NCBI GenBank assembly: GCA_964489065.1
Contig: CAZAXH010000003.1
Location: 255,104 to 319,103 of the forward strand
From: an uncultured Planctomycetales bacterium
GTDB taxonomy: Bacteria; Omnitrophota; Gorgyraeia; Zapsychrales; JANLHA01
Length of the DNA stretch: 64,000 nucleotides
Direction of reading: 5' to 3'
Shown here: positions 8,759-17,700 of the stretch, in pieces
Layout: each line of letters starts with the position of its first letter
How positions within the stretch are numbered: the stretch's first letter is position 1
Program-made: the position numbers and the translations under genes
Notes under the pieces: generated by a model
Told to the model about the DNA's origin: nothing
The model's database searches: none
The model's input: the letters and a program-made list of their open reading frames with translations, nothing else

Positions 8759-9481
8759 GTGCAGCGTAACATTAGACGTGCCAGTGCCATACAGGCTGAC
8801 CGGAAAAATTACCGGATGATTCTCTGGCTGGGAATTGTTTTTTTTCCTGTGTTTTTCTTGCTGGATTGTCTTATTTACGCTGATCACAAATGGGTATTGT
8901 TGAGCATCCGGGGGGCGATTGTTACTTTCCTTGCCGTATTTTTGTTTTTTTTCGACCGTCTCCGGGATGAGACGGTGGTGCCTTTGGTCAACATTACCTT
9001 CGTGGTCTCGTCTTTTTCTATATCTCTCATGTGTTATCTTTCAGGCGACGGAGCCCGGTCGCCTTACTACGCCGGGCTTTTTTTAATCATTATCGCCATT
9101 TCCGCTTTAATCAATATGAAGCCCCGGGAGTATTTGTGCATCATTGCGTTTATCCTGGGACAACATTTTTTGCTGATTTCGCTCGTTCCTTTTGATTTGA
9201 AAGGGATGCTTTTAAACATATTTTTTTTGGGGGTTTTCTGCGCCATCGGGGTTTTGTTGCATGCGCATAATTATAGAATTTTGAATGAGATCAATCAATT
9301 AAGAGGGCTGCTGCCGATATGCGCCAAGTGCAAAAAAGTGCGCGATGACAAAGGATATTGGAATCAGATTGAACAGTATATTCAGGAACGGTCCGAAGCC
9401 GTCTTTTCGCACGGCTTGTGCCCGGAATGCGCGCAGGAGTATTTAAATGAAATAGAGGCCAGGGATTCACAGGGCGGATAA
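8759..9481 (+). CDS. Polytopic membrane protein with a C-terminal Cys-rich motif (CxxC...CPxC)
   Basis: About 6 TM helices, then PICAKCKKVRDDKGYWNQIEQYIQERSEAVFSHGLCPECA. I have seen this conserved C-terminal module on bacterial membrane sensor-like proteins. It is a putative zinc-ribbon or redox motif. Confidence 0.6.
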   Translation: MQRNIRRASAIQADRKNYRMILWLGIVFFPVFFLLDCLIYADHKWVLLSIRGAIVTFLAVFLFFFDRLRDETVVPLVNITFVVSSFSISLMCYLSGDGARSPYYAGLFLIIIAISALINMKPREYLCIIAFILGQHFLLISLVPFDLKGMLLNIFFLGVFCAIGVLLHAHNYRILNEINQLRGLLPICAKCKKVRDDKGYWNQIEQYIQERSEAVFSHGLCPECAQEYLNEIEARDSQGG

Positions 9482-9500
9482 TCCCGGTCTTTTAGGAATT

Positions 9501-9866
9501 ATGTTAAAAATTGACGAAATTGAAGATGTTATTGCTCGTGACCGGTGGTCTTACAAAAACAATGATGGGAGAACTTTGTCTGCGGAAATCGTCGTCGGCA
9601 GGCCTTTCCGGACAAGCAAGGAAGGGAAGGAAAGCTGGGTTTGCCCGGTCTTTATCGAAACATTCACCACGCGGGTGATTTCCGCTATCGGATCCGGTCC
9701 CGTGGAATCCCTGATGAGCGCCATGACGCTTGTTAAAGCGTTTTTTGATATGTATCAGGATCATTTTATTGAAAAAACCGGCTTGGATTCCAGGGGGACC
9801 CCGGGCAAGCCGCCGGGATCCAGGCGGAAAACACGGTCTCCGGCGGGGAAACAGGCTAAGCCGTGA
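9501..9866 (+). CDS. Hypothetical protein
   Basis: 121-aa ORF with an AGGAAT RBS-like sequence upstream and a basic, low-complexity C-terminus. No recognisable motif. Confidence 0.4.
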   Translation: MLKIDEIEDVIARDRWSYKNNDGRTLSAEIVVGRPFRTSKEGKESWVCPVFIETFTTRVISAIGSGPVESLMSAMTLVKAFFDMYQDHFIEKTGLDSRGTPGKPPGSRRKTRSPAGKQAKP

Positions 9867-9879
9867 ACAGGAGGTTCGC

Positions 9880-10725
9880 ATGAAAAAATTTTCCAAAAAA
9901 GAAGCGTTTCAATACGGCTGGAAGGCCGTAAAAACCCGGCTGGGTTTGTTTGTGGTTTTGATGCTGATCCTGGGGTTTCTCCAAATGGTAACAGACATTA
10001 TGAACAAACAGGCCCATCTGCGGTGGGTTTCCCAGGATGATTTCCTGGGGGTCACCAGCCGGGCCGACCTTTTATACGCTGATTTGATTCAAAACGGTTA
10101 TATCTCTCCGGGGGGCGTGATTCTGGACAAATTTACTGATATGCATGACGTCCGTAATATGGTTTTAAGCCCGGAATTCGAAGAAAAGAGGATAGAAATT
10201 ATTCAAGTCTTTTTTAAGGCCTTGAGGACGGTTGATCCTTCCCGGCATAAATTTTACGCTTTCGTGCTGGTGTTGTGGATTATTAAACTGATTGCGCAAA
10301 TCGGATTGATAAAGATTTTTCTTAAAATTTATGATAACGAGCCTGCTTCGGTATCAGAGCTCTTCTCGTATGCGCATTTGTTTATCAAATATCTGCTGGC
10401 CTCGTTGCTCTACAGCCTGGTCGTTCTGGGCGGCCTCGTGTTATTGGTTGTCCCTGGCCTGATTTGGAGCATGAAATATCAGATGTACGCTTTGCTGATT
10501 TTGGACAAGAATATGGGGATTAAAGAGTCGTTTAAAAAAAGCGCGGTGTTGACCTCGGGAGCGAAGCTGCAGCTTTTTGTTTTTATGATTATAATGATGT
10601 TTTTTAACCTGCTGGGGGCCATGGCCTTGCTTGTTGGTCTGTTGATCACGGTCCCGGTGAGCTTGATGGCCTATGTTCATGTTTATCGGTCTTTGTTGTC
10701 TTCGGCTGATGCCGCCCCGGCTTAA
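9880..10725 (+). CDS. Hypothetical polytopic membrane protein
   Basis: Starts MKKFSKKEAFQYGWKAVK, followed by about 5 TM helices. I prefer the ATG at 9880 over the ORF-track start at 9730, which would overlap the preceding gene. Confidence 0.55.
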   Translation: MKKFSKKEAFQYGWKAVKTRLGLFVVLMLILGFLQMVTDIMNKQAHLRWVSQDDFLGVTSRADLLYADLIQNGYISPGGVILDKFTDMHDVRNMVLSPEFEEKRIEIIQVFFKALRTVDPSRHKFYAFVLVLWIIKLIAQIGLIKIFLKIYDNEPASVSELFSYAHLFIKYLLASLLYSLVVLGGLVLLVVPGLIWSMKYQMYALLILDKNMGIKESFKKSAVLTSGAKLQLFVFMIIMMFFNLLGAMALLVGLLITVPVSLMAYVHVYRSLLSSADAAPA

Positions 10726-10878
10726 ATTTTCGGGCGGTGCGCGCGGGGGGCATGTGCCGTTAAGGGGAGTTCCCCGGCTGATTGTAATTCGAAAAGATTT
10801 TTGTAATAGACTTTATCAGCACGGGATTATATAGTAAGTCGGTGCTTGTGAATCGGGATTTCCTTGAAGGAGGCTTTA

Positions 10879-11283
10879 ATGAAATGTCCGGTATGCCGGG
10901 AGGCGATGGTGGTTCTTGAGTTGGCGGAAGTGGAGATCGATCATTGTTTGACCTGCGGAGGTCTTTGGCTTGACGCCGGGGAGCTCGAATTGCTGTTAGA
11001 TGGAGAAACCGAGAGAGCGGCCGTTTTGCAGTCTTTCCGGCCGGCCGGGTCCTTGACGGAAAAGCCCCGGCCATGCCCTATGTGTTTGAAGGATATGGAA
11101 AAAGTCCTCTGCGCGGGGCTCCGGGGCCCGGTGCGCCTGGACCGCTGTCGGGCGCAACACGGAATATGGTTTGACCGGGAAGAATTAACCGAGGTCCTGT
11201 CGGCGGGGCATACAGGATTGAACAACCGGGTTCTTCGACTTTTAAAAGATATGTTTGGAAACAATCAAACGAAGGAGGAATGA
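10879..11283 (+). CDS. zf-TFIIB-like zinc-ribbon protein (two CPxC...CxxCxGxWxDxxEL repeats)
   Basis: CPVCREAM...DHCLTCGGLWLDAGELELL and CPMCLKDM...DRCRAQHGIWFDREEL. The GGAGG RBS places the start at 10879. Confidence 0.65.
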   Translation: MKCPVCREAMVVLELAEVEIDHCLTCGGLWLDAGELELLLDGETERAAVLQSFRPAGSLTEKPRPCPMCLKDMEKVLCAGLRGPVRLDRCRAQHGIWFDREELTEVLSAGHTGLNNRVLRLLKDMFGNNQTKEE

Positions 11284-11285
11284 CC

Positions 11286-11840
11286 ATGACAGGCGTTTTG
11301 TTAATTTTTTTGGGCGGCGTATTGCTGGTTATTTTTTATGTCATCAATACGTATAACGTATTAGTGGGATTACGTAATCAGGTGAAGAACGCTTGGTCAC
11401 AAATTGATGTTCAGCTAAAAAGAAGGCACGACCTTATACCCAATCTTATAGAAACCGCCAAGGGATACATGAAGCATGAGCGGGAGACTTTGGAGGCCAT
11501 TGTGAATGCGCGGAGCCAGGCGATGAGTTCCCAGAGCGTCGGGGATAAGGCCAAGGCCGAGGGCATGCTGAGCGACGCGGTGAGTAAATTTTTTGTGGTT
11601 GTGGAGAATTATCCGGACTTAAAAGCCAATCAGAATTTTCTCGCTTTGCAGGAAGAGCTGACCTCAACGGAAAATAAAATCGCGTTTGCGCGCCAGGCGT
11701 ATAATGACCAGGCCCTGTTCTTCAATAATAAGATTGAAATGTTCCCGTCGAATATTGTCGCGGGAATACTGAATTTTACCAAGCAGGAATTTTTTGAGAT
11801 ACCGGAAGCCGAACGAGCGGCTCCTAAAGTGCAATTTTAA
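11286..11840 (+). CDS. lemA: LemA family protein
   Basis: N-terminal TM helix, then QLKRRHDLIPNLIET...ENYPDLKANQNF...TENKIAFARQAYN, the conserved LemA signature. Forms the usual LemA-HtpX pair with the next gene. Confidence 0.85.
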   Translation: MTGVLLIFLGGVLLVIFYVINTYNVLVGLRNQVKNAWSQIDVQLKRRHDLIPNLIETAKGYMKHERETLEAIVNARSQAMSSQSVGDKAKAEGMLSDAVSKFFVVVENYPDLKANQNFLALQEELTSTENKIAFARQAYNDQALFFNNKIEMFPSNIVAGILNFTKQEFFEIPEAERAAPKVQF

Positions 11841-11851
11841 AAGGCGTTTTT

Positions 11852-13105
11852 ATGATCATATGGGAACTGATAAGAGAGAACCAGCGTAGATCCTGGATTC
11901 TTTTCATGGCTATGGGCAGCTGCCTCTTGGCGCTTGGGTATGCCATTGGTCTGGCTTGGATGCCGCATCAGGATGGCGGTGTTCTGGGCATGATGGTCGC
12001 CGCTTTGGTTTGGTTTGTTATGTCCCTCATTAGTTATTTCTCGGGGGATTCCATATTGTTGTCCATGAGCGGCGCTAAGGAAGTGAACCGGAATGTTCAT
12101 CCGCAGTTATTTAATATTGTCGAAGAAATGAAAATCGCGGCGAATCTGCCGGTAATGCCGCGCATTTATATTATCGACAGCCCGGCCTCCAACGCGTTTG
12201 CGACCGGGCGCAGCCCGGAGAAAAGCGCCATTGCCGTTACCGCGGGGTTGTTGTCCATGCTCAACCGTGATGAACTGCAGGGCGTTATCGCGCATGAGAT
12301 GTCTCATGTGGTGAATCGGGATGTCCTCTATATGACGTTTGCGGGGGTTCTTTTGGGGAGCATTGTGATCCTTTCGGAATTTTTTTTGCGGAGCCAATAT
12401 TACTCGCTCGGGTCCAGGAGATACCGGAGTTCTTCCCGGGACAATAACCAGGCCCAGGCGGTGATGCTGGTTGTTGCCCTTGTGTTCGCGATTTTGGCCC
12501 CGATTCTGGCCCGCCTGTTTTATTTTTCTTTGTCGAGGCGGAGGGAATACCTTGCGGACGCTTCGGCCGTGCGTTTGACCCGGTATCCGGAAGGGTTGGC
12601 GTCCGCTCTGGAAAAGATATCCCGCCCGGACACGGAACTCGTGAGCGCCAATCGGGTCACGGCGTCGATGTATATTGTCAATCCTCTGAAATTATCCAAA
12701 CGCCAGGTCGTTAATGCCTTCAGCACTCATCCCCCGGTTGAGGAACGCATTAAGATTTTACGTTCCATGATGAAGGGGGCGAATTATAAGCAGTATGCGG
12801 ACGCTTTTTCAAAAGTGAAAGGAAATGCGTCCTTAATGCCGGCGTCGGCCCTGGCGGATTCCGAGCCGATCCCTCTTCGTCCCCCTTCAAGCCCGGCGGA
12901 AGACACCCGTTCTTCCAAACAAAAAGCCCGGGAACTGGGAGATTTGATGCGGGTTTTGAATGACTATATGTTTATACCGTGCGCCTGCGGCCTGATGATT
13001 AAGATCCCGCCGGATTTTAACCGCCCGACTTTGGCCTGTCCTCGTTGTCGGCGGCCACACGATCTGCGTTCCGCCCGCCCGGAACCGGCTGAGTCGGGGG
13101 CGTGA
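11852..13105 (+). CDS. htpX: M48 zinc metalloprotease HtpX with a C-terminal zinc-ribbon extension
   Basis: HEMSHV (HExxH) plus a downstream EYLAD glutamate motif; TM helices; extra C-terminal CACG...CPRCRRPH module. Confidence 0.85.
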   Translation: MIIWELIRENQRRSWILFMAMGSCLLALGYAIGLAWMPHQDGGVLGMMVAALVWFVMSLISYFSGDSILLSMSGAKEVNRNVHPQLFNIVEEMKIAANLPVMPRIYIIDSPASNAFATGRSPEKSAIAVTAGLLSMLNRDELQGVIAHEMSHVVNRDVLYMTFAGVLLGSIVILSEFFLRSQYYSLGSRRYRSSSRDNNQAQAVMLVVALVFAILAPILARLFYFSLSRRREYLADASAVRLTRYPEGLASALEKISRPDTELVSANRVTASMYIVNPLKLSKRQVVNAFSTHPPVEERIKILRSMMKGANYKQYADAFSKVKGNASLMPASALADSEPIPLRPPSSPAEDTRSSKQKARELGDLMRVLNDYMFIPCACGLMIKIPPDFNRPTLACPRCRRPHDLRSARPEPAESGA

Positions 13106-13187
13106 GTCGCCGCGGGGTGGAAATCCTTGAACAGAACAACCTTTTTTTGTGTGTTTTATATAAAGGAGTGGTTGGAAGGGAGGTTTT

Positions 13188-13859
13188 ATGAAAAAATGGT
13201 TTTTGTTTATGACCCTGTTGTTTTTTTCTATGTCTTGTTCCAAACCGATTTTTAAAGAAGACCCGGCGGCGCCTGTGACCTATACGGAAAGCCGGTCTAT
13301 GGGCGAATCGACGGAAGCCCTGATCAGTTATTTAAAGAAGCACCATCCGGATATTGTCAAGACATTAAACCCGCCGGCTGAACAACTCGCTTTGGACCGC
13401 TTTGAGAGGATGGTCGGGAGAAAGCTGCCCCAGGACTTTAGGGTGCTGTATTTGGTAATGAATGGGCAAAAAAAAGAAGGCCTGCCGGCCTTATTGAATG
13501 GTTATGAATTGCTGTCATTGGAAGACATTGAAATCAGCTGGAAAAAAATGAAGACCACCTATGCTAACCGGGTTGACTTCCTGACGGGAGGAAAGGCCGA
13601 TGGCCCCGTGCGGTCTTTTTGGTGGTATCCAATGTGGATTCCGTTTGCGAAAACAGTGTATGGTGATTATTATTGCCTGGACCTTTTTCCGACACGGAAA
13701 GGGAAAATCGGGCAGATCATCGAATTCCGGCAGGACAATGTTTTAAGACGGCACATGGGGTATAGTTTGAACGATTTTATCGGGGAATATGAAAAAGGAC
13801 TGCAAACCGGAAAATATTATTGGGATCCGGAATACAAAATGTTCCTTAAGAAAAACTAA
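13188..13859 (+). CDS. SMI1/KNR4 (SUKH-superfamily) lipoprotein
   Basis: Lipoprotein-like signal (LLFFSMSC). The core resembles the SMI1/KNR4 family (LPQDFRVLYLVMNG...YCLDLFPTRKGKIGQIIEF). Confidence 0.65.
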   Translation: MKKWFLFMTLLFFSMSCSKPIFKEDPAAPVTYTESRSMGESTEALISYLKKHHPDIVKTLNPPAEQLALDRFERMVGRKLPQDFRVLYLVMNGQKKEGLPALLNGYELLSLEDIEISWKKMKTTYANRVDFLTGGKADGPVRSFWWYPMWIPFAKTVYGDYYCLDLFPTRKGKIGQIIEFRQDNVLRRHMGYSLNDFIGEYEKGLQTGKYYWDPEYKMFLKKN

Positions 13860-14019
13860 AATTAAGGGACACCCGTCGGATTTGTTCCTGTTGGTTTTTT
13901 AACCTAGGCGGCCTTATCCCGCCCCTTCTCCGTTTCTGCCTATGTTCCGATCCGGCCACCGTTTTTTTCTCTGTCCCTTTCTTGGTCTCGTTTATTTGTC
14001 TGCTGATGGGGGGTAATGT

Positions 14020-14385
14020 TTAAAACGGCCGTTTCTTCAGGAGAAATTTGCTGGTTATAACCCATATCATGACAGCGCTGGCCAGAGAAATTGCCCAGAA
14101 CAAGGGGGACTTAACAAACCGCAGCGACCCGAAATCCCTTTTGACTTCCGGTTCGACCTCCCCCCGCCTTTCCCCATGATGGTAGTAGTATTCCTGGGAA
14201 ATGTTCCCTTCCTTGTCAAAAATTTGTTCGATGCCATGTTTGTTACCGTCGACATAAGTGACTTTAGATCTTAATTCCCCCGAGCCGTAGTATGTTTTGT
14301 GTTCCCCTTCGTAAGGCGGATTTCGGCCTAATGCCGCTGTGACTCCGAGGGCAATGAACATAAAAGACAACAGGACTGTTTTCAT
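14020..14385 (-). CDS. Small MORN-repeat (YwqK-like) envelope protein
   Basis: Signal peptide; repeated YxGxGxL...YxDGxKxG...FDKEGN units that look like MORN/YwqK repeats; C-terminal TM helix. Confidence 0.45.
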   Translation of the reverse strand: MKTVLLSFMFIALGVTAALGRNPPYEGEHKTYYGSGELRSKVTYVDGNKHGIEQIFDKEGNISQEYYYHHGERRGEVEPEVKRDFGSLRFVKSPLFWAISLASAVMIWVITSKFLLKKRPF

Positions 14386-14577
14386 GGTATGTCCCTGTTT
14401 GGCGGAGATGATTTTAAAAATTTTTTTGTCCGATATTTTCAGGAATATAATAAATGCTATTATACAACAGGGAAATTTTAGGGGATATAAAGGATTTATA
14501 TTTATTCTGCCGCATCATGAATTTATTGTGTTTTTGTTTCGTTCATTAAGAATTCATAATATAATGAAAATTAATAT

Positions 14578-14752
14578 TTTATCCAATGAGCATTTAATTT
14601 ACACGACCCAAGGGAGTGTAAACGAGAAATGCGAATTGATCCTTCAGCGAGAGAGTCCAAGCGAACGAGTTGAAGGATATTGGTTAATACCCCGCAGCTT
14701 GCTGCGGTTCATTGAGCCCAGAGCTTGCTCTGGGGTTCATGCCTTTGATTAT
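14578..14752 (+). repeat. R2 structured element, full copy A, in the 5' leader of the giant gene
   Basis: Three hairpins: TTTACAC-N11-GTGTAAA; CCTTCA-N24-TGAAGG; CCGCAGC-TTG-GCTGCGG. Then CCAGAGCTTGCTCTGG and GTTCATGCCTTTGATT. Ends 40 nt before the ATG at 14793. Confidence 0.6.
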
Positions 14753-14792
14753 AAATGTTTTACTATCCCCTTTTAAAAAGAGAGGTCATTCT

Positions 14793-17700
14793 ATGAATAA
14801 GCATTCCTGCCGTATAACAATGATATTTTTGTGTGGGGCGATTTTGACTTTGACTGTGGCCACGGGAGCCGGGGCTAAAGATAACGGAATGAGTTTGACC
14901 GAAAAGGTAGAAAACCTGCTTCGGAAATATGAAACCTTGCGCGATGAAAATCAGGAGATTAAAAATACTCTTGAAGAGGCGGAGGGGCAGGTGGAATTGT
15001 ATAAGGGGAAGTTTATAGAATCGGAAGCCCGGGGGGGGATTCTTCAGAAACAGTTGGAGACGCGTACGCAGGAACTAAAAGAGGCCCAGGCGGCGGTCAA
15101 AGATAAGGAAGGCACCGTGATTCAGGAGGATGAGGCACGGGCGGAACTGGAAGAAACGATCGTTGAATTAAAAGAGGAGAGCAGGCGGCGGGAAGAAACG
15201 ATCCGGGCACTCGAGAAAAAACTCAGAGACACGGAAGCCTCTCAGGAATCCCTGGCTGAGAAGACGGCCTTTGAAAGAGAGGCGGCCGTTCTTAAACGGG
15301 AGAACGAAAGTCTAAAAGAGGATATCCGGAGCCTTGAACAGAAGTTGCAGCAGGCAGACACGGCTTTGAATGACAATATCTCTGCCGCTCAGTTGGCCTT
15401 GAAAAAAGAAATAAAAGAATTGAACGGGGAACTGCAGTTGAAAGGCGCGTTTATCCGCGACGGCGAATTCCAAATAGAATCCTTGAAGAATGAAAACGGC
15501 CGCTTGGTGAAAGAGGCGGAGGATTTGCAGGCGCGTATTCAGGAGCTCACAGCCCGTCACGACAAAAAAGAAGACTCTGTGGCCAGAAAAATAGAGCTTG
15601 CCCGGGAACCGTTACAGAAGAAGATCAATGATTTGCAGGATCAGTTAGAGGCCCTGCAGGCGGAGGTTCCGCGAAAGATAGAGGAGGGCCGCCGGCCTTT
15701 ATTGAGTGAGGTGGAAGAGCTTAGGGACGAGAATGAGGCTTTGAAGAAGTCGATGGAAGAGAAGGTGAGCAGAGTGGAAGAGCCTTTGCAGAGAGAAAAC
15801 GAAGAATTGAAGGCACGGCTGCGGGAGGGGGAAGAAGCCCTTGCCCAGGAAAGCCGCCGGACGGAGCAGTTAGTCGAGGAAAAAATCGGTGCGATAAAAA
15901 AACAGCTTGAGGGGACGGAAGCGTCTTTGGAGGAGAAAGACAGGGAAATTCTTTCTTTGAAAGCGGAACTGGAGAAGGGCGGACAACTCGCTGCTGCGGC
16001 GGAAGGAGAGAAGCAGAAAATAATCAAGGATGCGAAGGACCAGGAAAGAAATTTGCGGCAGCAGGTTGCGGCGCTGGAGAAAGACTTGAAAGCTGCTGAG
16101 AAAAAAGAATCCGCGAAGTCTGTTCGTGAAAAGGAAAATTTGAGGAAAGAGAACGCGGACCTGCAGGCAAGAATTCAGTCGTTAGAAAGTTCCATCCCTG
16201 AAAAAGTAGGGCAGGCCAAGAAACCGCTGATGGAGAGAATTGACAGTTTGCTGGCTGATATGGAGCAGGCGCAAAAGAAAATGGACGCCGAGGTTCAGCA
16301 GGTCCGGGAAGCTTTGGAGGAGAAAGTGTCTGCCCTGGAAGAAGATTTGAGACAGGAACGTGAGAGAAAGAACGACAGCACGGCTGCTCAGGAAGACACG
16401 TTACGTAAGAAAATCGCAGAGCTGGAACAGCAATTGAAAGAGGCGGATACGGTCGCTGCTGAGAAAGTGGCCGCATCCCAAGCCCTGTGGCAGGATAAGA
16501 TTGCCGCTTTGGAGCAGCAGCTGGCGGATCAGAAAGCGGCGTTGCCGGGACAGATCAATCAGGCCAAGAGAGTTGCGGATGAAGAAGTGAAATTGCTGAA
16601 AGCCCAACTGAGAGAGAAAGATTTGACTCTTTCGGCCCAGGAAGAGTCTCTCAAGAAAAATCATGAGGTCAAGTTGCAGAGATGGCAGAAGGATTTGAAA
16701 TCGGCCCAGGATAAAGTCAAAAACCAGGAAGCTGAAATCCGCGGGAAAGAAACGGCTTTGGAGCAAGCCACTCGGGAACTGGAAGCCGTTCGAGCCAGGA
16801 GCGAATCGTATCAGAAGGACATGGCTGCACTCCGTGATCAGTTGAAAAACAGGGAGCAGCAGACAGATCAGATTGTTCAAGAGCGGACGGCGAACTATCA
16901 GGCACGGATAGCCGAGCTGGAAGGGGAATTGAAGAAGATCCGGGAAGACAGCGAGGCCAGATTAGCGGGTGTGATGGATAAAAACGAACAGGAAATGGAA
17001 CGGCTGCGGGAACAGATGAAAGCCAAGGAAGACACCATATCGGAGCGGATTGCCCGGGCCAAACAGCCGTTGGAAGAAGAGATCCGGGGGCTGAACAAAG
17101 AGTTGCGGGCTAAGAAGAATGCCGGTCAAGAGGATAGTCAGGCCGCCCAGAAGCTGTTGGAAGACAGAATTAAAGAACTGGAAGAGCAACTGCAGAAAAC
17201 CGAGAATGCCTTGAATCAACAAGTTGAGGAGGCGAAGGAACCTCTTATAGAAAAAATTCACGCGTTGGAAGAAGCGATAAAAAACGCCGGGGCCGCGGCT
17301 TCGGCGAAGGTGGAAAGCGAGAAAGCGCCGCTCGTGGAACAAATCCGGGTGTTGGAGGAAAGACTTTCGGAAAAGAATGCGCTTTGGCCGGAAAAGATGG
17401 AAGCAGAAAAAGCCCCCTTGCGGGAGAGGATACAGGCCCTGGAAAATCGCCTTAAGGAAAAAGACATTGAGCTTAAAGTAAAGGTCGAGGAGGCGCAGTC
17501 CTCTTTAAATACAGAAATTGTAAAGTTGAAAGAAGATCTGAACGCCACGCGGAAAGAGCATGAGGCCCGGTTGAAAGAAGAGCAGCGCGCCCAGAAAGAG
17601 GTCGTTGAACAGATCAGGAAGGATTTCGAAGATTATAAAAATTCTGAACCTGACAGGATCGCCGCAGCCAAACAGCCTTTAGAGGCGAAGGTGGGAGAGT

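Noticed and set aside
14008-14040. Palindrome AAAACGGCCGTTTT between convergent genes, considered as a bidirectional terminator
   Set aside because: It overlaps the stop codon of the minus-strand gene, the stem would have a loop that is too short, and no U-tract follows.
14400-14577. A specific -35/-10 promoter call in the AT-rich region upstream of R2-A and the giant gene
   Set aside because: Several TATAAT-like hexamers are present, but none has a convincing -35 at 16-18 nt spacing. A promoter is probably there, but I cannot position it.
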